From NCBI RefSeq assembly GCF_006345805.1, contig NC_043008.1, positions 12,648,001 to 12,712,000 on the forward strand: a stretch of DNA of 64,000 nucleotides, read 5' to 3'. The translations under genes were made by a program, and so were the position numbers. Positions 24,903 to 35,851 of the stretch are shown piece by piece. Every line of letters begins with the position of its first letter. Positions within the stretch are counted from its first letter, which is position 1. The notes beneath the pieces were generated by a model. The model was not told the DNA's origin, searched no databases, and was given only the letters and a program-made list of their open reading frames with translations. Origin of the DNA: Octopus sinensis. Lineage: Eukaryota.

Positions 24903-27650
24903 TCTACGTTTGTCAGCATGTATTTGGTCTCTATTTGTCAGCAAATATTCGGTCTACGTTTGTCAGCCAGTATTCGGTCTACGTTTGTCAGCAAATATTC
25001 GGTCTACGTTTGTCAGTAAGTGTTCTGTCTACGTTTGTCAGCAAGTGTTCCGTCTATGTTTGTTAGCAAGTACTCGGTCTACGTTTGTCAGCCAGTATTC
25101 GGTCTACGTTTGTCAGCAAATATTCGGTCTACGTTTGTCAGCAAATATTCGGTCTACGTTTGTCAGCAAGTATTCCGTCTATGTTTGTTAGCAAGTACTC
25201 GGTCTACGTTTGTCAGCCAGTATTCGGTCTACGTTTGTCAGCAAATATTCGGTCTACGTTTGTCAGCAAATATTCGGTCTACGTTTGTCAGCAAGTATTC
25301 GGTCTACGCTTGTCAGCAAGTATTCGGTCTACGTTTGTCAGCAAGTATTCGGTCTACGTTTGTCAGCAAATATTCGGTCTACGTTTGTCAGCAAGTATTC
25401 GGTCTACGTTTGTCAGCAAGTATTCGGTCTACGTTTGTCAGCAAGCATTCGGTCTACGTTTATCAGCAAGTATTCGGTCTACGTTTGTCAGCCAGTATTC
25501 GGTCTACGTTTGTCAGCAAGTATTCGGTCTACGTTTGTCAGCAAGCATTCGGTCTACGTTTATCAGCAAGTATTCGGTCTACGTTTGTCAGCAAGTATTC
25601 GGTCTACGTTTGTCAGCAAGCATTCGGTCTACGTTTATCAGCAAGTACTCAGTCTACGTTTGTCAGCCAGTATTCGGTCTACGTTTGTCAGCAAGTATTC
25701 GGTCTACGTTTGTCAGCAAGCATTCGGTCTACGTTTATCAGCAAGTATTCGGTCTACGTTTGCCAGAAAGTATTCAGTCTACGCTTGTCAGCAAGTGTTT
25801 CGTCTACGTTTGTCAGCAAGTGTTCCGTCTATGTTTGTTAGCAAGTACTCGGTCTACGTTTGTCAGCCAGTATTCGGTCTACGTTTGTCAGCAAATATTC
25901 GGTCTACGTTTGTCAGCAAATATTCGGTCTACGTTTGTCAGCAAGTATTCGGTCTACGTTTGTCAGCAAGTATTCGGTCTACGTTTGTCAGCAAGTATTC
26001 GGTCTACGTTTGTCAGCAAATATTCGGTCTACGTTTGTCAGCAAGTATTCGGTCTACGTTTGTCAGCAAGTATTCGGTCTACGTTTGTCAGCAAGTATTC
26101 GGTCTACGTTTGTCAGCAAGCATTCGGTCTACGTTTATCAGCAACTATTCGGTCTACGTTTGCCAGCAAGTATTCAGTCTACGCTTGTCAGCAAATATTC
26201 GCTCTACGTTTGTCAGCAAATATTCGGTCTACGTTTGTCAGCAAGTATTCGGTCTACGTTTATCAGCAAGTATTCGGTCTACGTTTGCCAGCAAGTATTC
26301 AGCCTACGCTTGTCAGCAAGCATTCGGTCTACGTTTATCAGCAAGTATTCGGTCTACGTTTGTCAGCAAGTATTCGGTCTACGTTTGTCAGCCAGTATTC
26401 GGTCTACGTTTGTCAGCAAGCATTCGGTCTACGTTTATCAGCAAGTATTCGGTCTACGTTTGTCAGCCAGTATTCGGTCTACGTTTGTCAGCAAGTATTC
26501 GGTCTACGTTTGTTAGCAAGCATTCGGTCTACGTTTATCAGCAAGTATTCGGTCTACGTTTGTCAGCAAGTATTCAGTCTACGTTTGTCAGCAGCATTCG
26601 GTCTACGTTTATCAGCAAGTACTCGGTTTACGTTTGTCAGCAAGTATTCGGTCTACGTTTGTCAGGAAGTATTCGGTCTACATTTGTCAGGAAGTATTCG
26701 GTCTACGTTTGTCAGCCAGTATTCGGTCTACGTTTGTCACCAAGCATTCGGTCTACGTTTATCAGCAAGTATTCGGTCTACGTTTGTCAGCCAGTATTCG
26801 GTCTACGTTTGTCAGCAAGTATTCGGTCTACGTTTGTCAGCAAGCATTCGGTCTACGTTTATCAGCAAGTATTCGGTCTACGTTTGCCAGCAAGTATTCA
26901 GTCTACGCTTGTCAGCAAGTGTTCCGTCTACGTTTGTCAGCAAGTGTTCCGTCTATGTTTGTTAGCAAGTACTCGGTCTACGTTTGTCAGCCAGTATTCG
27001 GTCTACGTTTGTCAGCAAATATTCGGTCTACGTTTGTCAGCAAATATTCGGTCTACGTTTGTCAGCAAATATTCGGTCTACGTTTGTCAGCAAGTATTCG
27101 GTCTACGTTTGTCAGCAAGTATTCGGTCTACGTTTGTCAGCAAATATTCGGTCTACGTTTGTCAGCAAGTATTCGGTCTACGTTTATCAGCAAGTATTCG
27201 GTCTACGTTTGTCAGCAAGTATTCGGTCTACGTTTGTCAGCAAGCATTCGGTCTACGTTTATCAGCAAGTATTCGGTCTACGTTTGCCAGCAAGTATTCA
27301 GTCTACGCTTGTCAGCAAATATTCGCTCTACGTTTGTCAGCAAGTATTCGGTCTACGTTTGTCAGCAAGCATTCGGTCTACGTTTATCAGCAAGTATTCG
27401 GTCTACGTTTGCCAGCAAGTATTCGGTCTACGTTTGTCAGCAAATATTCGCTCTACGTTTGTCAGCAAGTATTCGGTCTACGTTTGTCAGCAAGCATTCG
27501 GTCTACGTTTATCAGCAAGTATTCGGTCTACGTTTCTCAGCAAGCATTCGGTCTTCGTTTATCAGCAAATATTCGCTCTACGTTTGTCAGCAAGTATTCA
27601 GTCTACGTTTTTCAGCAAATATTCGGTCTACGTTTGTGAGCAAGTATTCG
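24903..27650. repeat. 25-bp minisatellite array (~110 units, consensus TATTCGGTCTACGTTTGTCAGCAAG) with higher-order repeats
   Basis: Units read directly. The diagnostic variant ctatgtttgttagcaagtactcgg recurs at 25054, 25179, 25829 and 26953. The tgccag variants recur with a 1124-bp offset (25761/26885, 26161/27285, 26286/27410). Confidence 0.97.
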
Positions 27651-28181
27651 TTTTATTAGTATAAATATTTCCTTTTCGGGTGTATACAAGATGTCAAAAA
27701 CTGCTTAATACCAATTTTTAAATTTAGCACCCAGAAAATACCCTGAAGTCTCTCAAATATTCTTGGCAACCAAACCCAAAAATATTTCGGTTGAACAGTC
27801 AATTCTTATTAAATCTAACCTCTTAGGGACTTCTACTTTTCATGTTGGCTTGATACCAACTCTACGTAATTATTAAGTCATATTTCATAACTTATATCCC
27901 GCAAGCATTATTTCTCTCGAGTCATATACATCTATTAACATCAAATTCCTGTTCACATATTTCTCTCACAGAGAATTTCCCTGACAGCCTTTGCTTGTGT
28001 CATCTGAAATTCCAATATTATTAAGAAAAACAAATCTTTTCTAAAACCTACCTCTGCTAATAATATTTGCATTCTACATATCACAATTTCCTTTTAGACA
28101 CAACTCATGAGAAACTGTCAAGAATCCACGATTCGGATCCTGTTTTGTATGACTTAAAGTATTAATATATTTCAATTTTGA

Positions 28182-28790
28182 GGCGGCGAGCTGGCAGAAA
28201 CGTTGGCACGCCGGGCGAAATACTTAGCGGTATTTCGTCTGCCGTTACGTTCTGAGTTCAAATTCCGCCGAGGTCGACTTTGCTTTTCATCCTTTCGGGG
28301 TCGATAAATTTAGTACCAGTTACGCACTGGGGTAGATGTAATCGACTTAATCCCTTTGTCTGTCCTTGTTTATCTCCTCTGTGTTTAGCCCCTTGTGGGC
28401 TAAAGAAATAAGAAACGTTAGCACGCCGGGCGAAATACTTAGCGGTATTTCGTCTGCCGCTACATTCTGAGTTCAAATTCCACCGAGGTCTGCTTTGCCT
28501 TTCATCCTTTCGGGGTCGATAAATTAAGTACCAGTTACGCACTGGGATCGATATAATCGACTTAATCCGTTTGTCTGTCCTTGTTTGTTCTCTCTGTGTT
28601 TAGCCCCTTGTGGGTAGTAAAAAAATAGGTATTTCGTCTGCCGTTACGTTCTGAGTTCAAATTCCACCAAGGTTGACTTAGTCTTTCATCTTTTCGAAGT
28701 CGATAAATTAAGTTCCAGTTGCGTACTGGTGTCGATCAAATCGACTGGCTCCCATCCCAAAAATTTCGGGCCTTGTGCATAGAGTAGGAA
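28182..28790 (+). mobile_element. SINE family B trimer
   Basis: Head ggcggcgagctggcagaaacgtt, B-box-like gttcaaattcc, three successive units. Confidence 0.9.
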
Positions 28791-29734
28791 AGAATATTTG
28801 ATTTAATTTAATTATAAAATATAATATGATTTTTAAAAAAAATAATGACTGGTCAGGAAGGTCTATCCACGTAAAACAGGAATGAAAGGAAATCTATGGA
28901 ATAAAAAATCGTTGAAAAACACTGGCTTAATCGAACATATCGACCCCGGCATTTATACCTTTTGTTGCATTCAAGCCCGATATTTTTTCTAAATCTACAG
29001 GTGTCTTTAGCAGAGGCGTTAAAATTAGGGGGAGTAAACAAACCAATACCGGTTGTCAGGCGGTAATGGCTGACAAACACTAACACACACACACAGACGT
29101 AAATGTATTACATAATTGATTCTAAGTTAATTATTTTTTAATCAAAATAATTTTAGACGTAACTGTAAATCATAATCACATTTCATCTATTGATTTTAAA
29201 AGTTACTTTAACTTATATTCACTTGAATATATTTCCTTTTATCAAAAGATAATTGTTTTAGCTACCGAATAATGTCTAAAAAAAATTGCTATATTTTGAA
29301 AAGATAAGTCTTTCTCTTTTATGGTATTTTTGTTACTTCTTTGTATACCAAGTAAAGAGAAAAGAAAACATACATATAGATTCCTTATACTTATAGCTCC
29401 TGGTCTAAATATTTCTATTTTAAACTTTATTAACTCAAAGATGCTTCATACTACATTTAGCTTAATGATACATAATCTTTAATAAAGATATAAAATTGTG
29501 TTGTATTTACAAGTTTCGGTGTTAATTTAGATATAACGATGAAAAAAAAAAAAAAAAGGTGTAATATTGTGTTTGAAATATTGTTTTATAATATGAAATA
29601 TTGCAGACATCTTTTAAAATTACTTTTCAAGTTAGTTTCAAGTGTTTATTATTTAGAATTTTTACTGTATGGTTAAATATATAAATGTACAGAAAGGGTG
29701 GGAGAGAGAGAGAGAGAGAGATTCTTAGTTCATT

Positions 29735-29958
29735 ATTGCTCACAAGGGGCTAAACATAGTGGGTACAAACACGGACAGACAAAGGGATTAAGTCGATTAC
29801 ATCGACCCCCAGTGCGTAACTGCTACTTAATTAATCGACGCCGAAAGAATGAAAGGCAAAGTCGACCTGGGCGGAACTTGAACCCAGAACGTAACGGCAG
29901 ACGAAATACCGATAATCATTTCGCCCAGCGTGCTACCGATTCTGCCAGCTCGCCGCCT
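29735..29958 (-). mobile_element. SINE family B monomer
   Basis: Ends tctgccagctcgccgcc, the reverse complement of the head. Confidence 0.88.
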
Positions 29959-30099
29959 TAAAGAGAGAGAAAAAGATTCTGATTCTAAGGGCTGACAAAT
30001 TCAAGAGAAGAAATGTTCGGCCACTTAGAATAAAGAACTTAAAGATAAACCTCATAGTGAATACAATATTTCATTAGACTAACGATTGTGGATTAAATG

Positions 30100-30152
<53 letters not shown>

Positions 30153-30741
30153 TCCTTCCTGTCGCTCACCCGCGACGATACTTCCGCTCTGACTGTCTTT
30201 CTGGCCTGGCCTTTCAAGGTAATGGACGACATTCTTCCTGCTCTTCTCGTCGTTCACAAAAAATTCTGCGTTTGCAATACTTGTTTTCGTTCGTCAACAG
30301 CCCTTCTTATCTTGTTTTTCCCTGTCCTGTCTTTTACTGTTTATATTTTGTACTGTCGTTACTGTCCTGTTTTTTACCATTTTTTTACCATTTTTTACCC
30401 CTCTGCGAAAAGATCTCAGAATTTTAATTGATTTGCTTTTCGCAGGAAGGAATGTTTCTTGTCGAAGATACGTCTCGCTTTTATCCTTCGAAACGTAGAG
30501 TAGATGAAACCATAGCGACTGACGAAGGGGTTTTTTCTTTCTGTTAATTGTCCTGTACTCCATTTTTTTGTTGTTTTTAAAAATGTCCAGTTCCCTTGGC
30601 TTGTGTCTATGTTTTCGTTTCTCCTTGTGTTCGACGTCCATTTGGTGTCCTGTACTCATATATGCGCGTATATGTACATGTAGAGGTAGGTACGTACATA
30701 TATGTTTATATATATGTATATGTTTTATTTCATCTATTAAT

Positions 30742-30783
<42 letters not shown>

Positions 30784-30829
30784 ATATATATAAATAGGTA
30801 GGTAGGTTGGTAGGTATACGTACGTATAC

Positions 30830-31227
30830 TCTTTTACTCTTTTACTTGTTTCGATCATTTGACTGCGGCAATGCGGGATCACCGCCTTTAGTCGAACAAA
30901 TCGACCCAGGACTTATTCTTTGCAAGCCTAGTACTTATTCTATCGGTGTCTTTTGCCGAACCGCTAAGTTACGGGGACGTAAACACACCAGCATCGGTTG
31001 ACAAGCGATGTTGGGGAGACAAACACAGACACACAAATATACAAGCACACACACATATATACATATATACGACGGGCTTCTTTCAGTTTCCGTCTATCAA
31101 ATCCGCTCACAAGGCTTTGGTCAGCCCGATGCTATAATAGAAGACACTTGCCGAAGTTGCCACGTAGTGGGACTAAACCCGGAACCATGTAGTTGGTAAG
31201 CAAGCTAGTTACCACACAGCCATTCCT
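30830..31227 (-). mobile_element. SINE family A, full length
   Basis: Reverse-complement homology along its length. Confidence 0.92.
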
Positions 31228-31898
31228 ATGTATAGTAAAACAAACTGATCGCAGTACTCTCTAAAGTCTGTCGCTTTTGTCGTTTTCTTTTTAAAAAAAT
31301 GCTCAGTTACGGCGACGTAAACAAAACGACACCGGTTTTTTGCGGTACCGGAGGACACGAAAATACACGACGGGTTTCTGCACATTTTCCATGTTTATCA
31401 AATTTGCTTACAGATCATTTGTCAATCCGGATAGTGGGTCCGTAGAGTGGGTCTGTTGTGGAAACGACATAGCTACAAAGGAAACCTCTTAACCGTACGG
31501 TCATGTCAACTCCATATACACGCTTGAAATTACTTAACGTTTACAATGTAATAATATCTCTTAGATTAGCTCACCCTATTACTATACTTTACTAATGAAT
31601 ATAGTCATGTGCAATCCCCAAATTCCAAATTCAGTGACTGATTTCATTTGTTCGTTAACCGTCAAAATAATCCATACGATCACACGTATTAAGTTTCCCA
31701 TACACTCACTACGCAACGCTGATCGCGTATCTCTTCTCTTCTCATTAGTCTTCCGCCATCTAATTGTATATTGAAGGCAGTCATACTCTTATTATTTCTA
31801 TATGCCCTGTTTTTTTTTTTCTGTATACTTCGTCGAAAAATCTACTATCATTGAGAAGTAAATTGGGTCCAGCGTAGATGCAATCAACTTCCACTCGC

Positions 31899-31937
<39 letters not shown>

Positions 31938-31948
31938 AACCTATCTGT

Positions 31949-31992
<44 letters not shown>

Positions 31993-32214
31993 ATGTATAT
32001 ATATATATATATAACAATGATAAATATCAAAGTGAGTTTTATATACAGTAGCGGTAACACATCGTGACGTATATTTGCCATCTCAATATGGTACCCCTAA
32101 GGGTGGATGCTACTGTAGTTTTTAGCCCCAGGAGGACCACACTCCTCCAGCTGGCCATAGACACACTTTCTGTGTCCTGTCAGTTTTGCAAAGGGAAGTC
32201 ATCCTTCCCGTCTT

Positions 32215-32282
32215 CAACTATGATACACACGGACTCGAGTTTCGAGGTTTGACCTCTCGTCAGCGTGTGACAATCATAGTTG
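32215..32282 (-). ncRNA. Type I hammerhead ribozyme, copy 1
   Basis: Minus strand reads caact-atgat-tgt-CACACG-CTGACGA-GAGG-tcaaa-CCTC-GAAA-C-tcga-G-TC-CGTGTG-t-atcat-agttg. All core nucleotides are present; loop II is 1 nt shorter than in the other copies. Confidence 0.88.
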
Positions 32283-32562
32283 TCGGCGAGAATAGATTTC
32301 TTCACAAATACTTATACTTTTTCCAGCGTCCACTGTCGCTGATATGAAAAAGTGAAATCAAACAATGATAAATATCAAAGTGAGTTATATACAGTAGCGG
32401 CGTAACACATCGTGACGTATATTTGCCATCTCAATATGGCTACCCCTAAGGGTGGATGCTACTGTAGTTTAGCCCCAGGAGGGACACACTCCTCCAGCTG
32501 GCCATAGACACACTTTCTGTGTTCTGTCAGTATTTGCAAAGGGAAGTCATCCTTCCCGTCTT

Positions 32563-32632
32563 CAACTTATGATACACACGGACTCGAGTTTCGAGGTATT
32601 GACCTCTCGTCAGCGTGTGACAATCATAGTTG
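32563..32632 (-). ncRNA. Type I hammerhead ribozyme, copy 2
   Basis: Exact reverse complement of copy 3 over this span: CUGACGA core, 4-bp stem II GAGG/CCTC, GAAA, palindromic stem III ACTCGAGT, GUC cleavage triplet. Confidence 0.9.
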
Positions 32633-32785
32633 TCGGCGAGAATAGATTTCCTTCACAAATACTTATACTTTTTCCAGCGTCCACTGTCGCTGATATTGAA
32701 AAAGGGAAATCAAACAATGATAAATATCAAAGTGAGTTATATACAGTAGCGGTAACACATCGTGACGTATATTTGTTCTCGCCGA

Positions 32786-32855
32786 CAACTATGATTGTCA
32801 CACGCTGACGAGAGGTCAATACCTCGAAACTCGAGTCCGTGTGTATCATAAGTTG
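32786..32855 (+). ncRNA. Type I hammerhead ribozyme, copy 3
   Basis: Stem I CACACG 32799-32804 / CGTGTG 32838-32843. CTGACGA 32805-32811. Stem II GAGG 32812-15 / CCTC 32822-25, loop TCAATA. GAAA 32826-29. Stem III AC/GT around TCGA. Predicted cleavage after C32837. Stem I extends via ATGAT/ATCAT and CAACT/AGTTG. Confidence 0.92.
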
Positions 32856-33142
32856 AAGACGGGAAGGATGACTTCCCTTTGCAAATACTGACAGGACACA
32901 GAAAGTGTGTCTATGGCCAGCTGGAGGAGTGTGTCCTCCTGGGGCTAAAAACTACAGTAGCATCCACCCTTAGGGGTAGCCATATTGAGATGGCAAATAT
33001 ACGTCACCGATGTGTTACCGCTACTGTATATAACTCACTTTGATATTTATCATTGTTTGATTTCACTTTTTCAATATCAGCGACAGTGGACGCTGGAAAA
33101 AGTATAAGTATAGTATTGTGAAGGAAATCTAATTCTCGCCGA

Positions 33143-33212
33143 CAACTATGATTGTCACACGCTGACGAGAGGTCAATACCTCGAAACTCGAGTCCGTGTG
33201 TATCATAAGTTG
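33143..33212 (+). ncRNA. Type I hammerhead ribozyme, copy 4
   Basis: Same sequence as copy 3. CTGACGA at 33162-33168; predicted GUC cleavage after C33194. Confidence 0.92.
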
Positions 33213-33362
33213 AAGACGGGAAGGATGACTTCCCTTGCAAATACTGGACAGGACACAGAAAAGTGTTGTCTATGGCCAGCTGGAGGAGTGTGTCCTCCTG
33301 GGGCTAAAAACTACAGTAGCATCCACCCTTAGGGGTAGCCATATTGAGATGGCAAATATACG

Positions 33363-33406
<44 letters not shown>

Positions 33407-33653
33407 ATTATGTATATATATTATATATTATATATAATATATATACATATATATATATATATGTATATACATATATATATATGTATGCATACACACACAC
33501 AGCAACATATATATTATATACATATATTATACATATATATATATATATATATCGGTGCTCAAGCCATGCCTTAGTCAAATAACTGAAACAAGTAAAAGAG
33601 TAAAAGAGTATGTGTGTGTGTGTAGAAGGTTGAAAAGGAACACACGAGTTATG

Positions 33654-34209
33654 TATAGAAAAAAAGTCAAAATAGAAAATTCTAAAATAATTTTATAAAA
33701 AACATTTCATTACCGGTTTCAGTCATTGAGACTTTTTCAACTGTAAGTATGGAAAACAATTACTACTGTCATGGCACTCCCCCATTCTTCTTCTTCTTCT
33801 TCTTCTTCTTCTTCTTCTTCTTCTTCTTCTTCTTCTTCTTCTTTCTCTTCTTCTTTTCTATTCTTCTTCTCTTCTTCTCTTCTTCTTATTCTTTCCTTCT
33901 TCTTCTTCTTCTTCTTCTTCTTCTTCTTCTTCTTCTTCCTCTTCCTCTTCTTCTTCTCCTCCCCCCTACCACGTACTCACAACGACCTCGAACCCACAAG
34001 AGTAAACAAGAGAGACAGGTAGAAAACAAGTAAAATGCCACTTGTATTTGAACACTAGGCAAATATTCTTTTAAAGAAATTTTTCTTTTAACTTTTCCAA
34101 AATTTAATTGTTTTCCATACTTACAGTTGAAAAAAGCCTCAATGACTGAACCGGTGGTGAAATGCTTTTTATAAAATTATTTTAGCATTTTCTATCTTGA
34201 CTTTTTTCC

Positions 34210-34212
<3 letters not shown>
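33654..34212. repeat. ~110-bp imperfect inverted repeats flanking a (CTT)n tract
   Basis: 33654-33762 is the approximate reverse complement of 34105-34212. A (CTT)n-rich tract lies at about 33786-33960. Confidence 0.8.
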
Positions 34213-34250
<38 letters not shown>

Positions 34251-34315
34251 TATATGTATATATATATAGGGCTTATTAAATAGTATAACATATATAGATA
34301 CATACATTTATTCTT

Positions 34316-34655
34316 TATTCTTTTATTTGTTTCAGTCATTTGATTGCGGCCATGCTGGAGCACCGCCTTTAGTCGAACAAATCGCCCCCAGGACTTATTC
34401 TTTGTGACCTTAGTGCTTATCCTAGGGATGACTTTTGCCAAACCGCTAAGTTTGTCTGTGTTTGTCCCCCGACCATCGCTTGATAATCAATGTTGGTGTG
34501 TTTACTTCTGCGAAAACTAGCGGTTCGGCAAGAGTCACCGATAGAATGAGTACCAGACTTACAAAGAAGAAATCGTACGGTCAATTTGTTTGACTAAAGG
34601 CGCTGCTACAGCATGGCCACAGTGCAATGACTGAAACAAGTAAAGAATAAATGAA
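34316..34655. mobile_element. Two SINE family A 3' halves in opposite orientation (tails outward)
   Basis: 34316-34452 is a minus-strand 3' end and 34453-34655 a plus-strand 3' half. Confidence 0.85.
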
Positions 34656-35524
34656 TATATATATATTGGGAAGCAGGCTTCTTACTACACAATCATTCCT
34701 ATTTTCATAGTATCGATTTTAATTTTATCGATTTAAAGACATAGTCCCGAAACGCGCGTTGTCAATTTAATGTTTATTTAACTTATTGATTTTTTGAATA
34801 ATATTTATTATAGTATATTTAAATTTTTTCTATATAATATAGATAATGTCTTTCACTATTGAATTGCTTAATAGAGGTCATTTCTCTTAATTATAAATAT
34901 ACATATGTATATATATATATTATATATATATATATATATGCAAGAGGTATAGTCAATCCCCACAGGTACTGATACCCACTGTTTTCTACCGTGGTGTTAT
35001 ATGCCCCAATATTCCACTATTTTCTTTAGTCAATACAAAGTGATCGCTTATATGCTTTAAGCTCATAATTACCATTATCATTTATATATTAGAGAATATA
35101 TATATATATACGCACACACATGTGAAGAAAACATCCATATTTATATATATGCATGGATGCGTCCTTTAGCTGTCCGCCCTTCACCATTCTCTCACACTCA
35201 CCGTATGTCTGTATATTCCTTGTTAAATGAAATAATGGCAATACCTCACCAGGAAGCGTCTGGGTCCTAATTAAGAAACAAGATACGAGAAAGTGTGCGT
35301 ATTTGTTCAGTATTGTTTACTCCTCTAAGCAAAAGTGCAGAAGAAATTTACAGTGAATAAGCTGTCACGTAGGCAGGAACTTAATGAAAATATAATGGAG
35401 AACGAATTTACTTTGAATTTCTCGAATAAGAACAGATTAATGTACCGAGAAATACGCACTCACATGACATGCTCACTTATGCACGTGTGTTTACACTGGT
35501 GTATATATATATATATATATATCT

Positions 35525-35567
<43 letters not shown>

Positions 35568-35660
35568 CATATATATACATATATATATACATATATATAC
35601 ACACACACATATATATACATATATATATATTTACATATACATATTATATATATACATATA

Positions 35661-35706
<46 letters not shown>

Positions 35707-35803
35707 TACATACACCTATATACATATATGTTCACACTACTTCCCCTACCCCCTCACACATATAATATTAACACACAAGCACACACACACCCGTACATAC
35801 ATA

Positions 35804-35844
<41 letters not shown>

Positions 35845-35851
35845 TTATTAT

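Larger units (their letters stand above)
32013..33366. mobile_element. Hammerhead-ribozyme tandem repeat (non-LTR retrozyme-like), ~350-bp monomers in two head-to-head halves
   Basis: A ~350-bp unit is repeated: 32013-32775 holds about 2.2 units with the ribozyme on the - strand, and 32776-33366 holds about 1.7 units with it on the + strand. Predicted cleavage sites are 349 nt apart (32232/32581) and 357 nt apart (32837/33194). No ORF. (TA)n tracts flank both sides. Confidence 0.88.

Noticed and set aside
24903-27650. CRISPR array
   Set aside because: Units are contiguous with no unique spacers, there are no cas genes, and the context is eukaryotic.
25020-27664. ORFs of 218-809 aa in the 25-bp array as a real repetitive protein
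   Set aside because: All three + frames are open simply because the unit lacks stop triplets. There is no unique N- or C-terminal domain and no frame preference.
33749-34033. Poly-Phe/Ser/Leu ORFs
   Set aside because: Translation of the (CTT)n tract.
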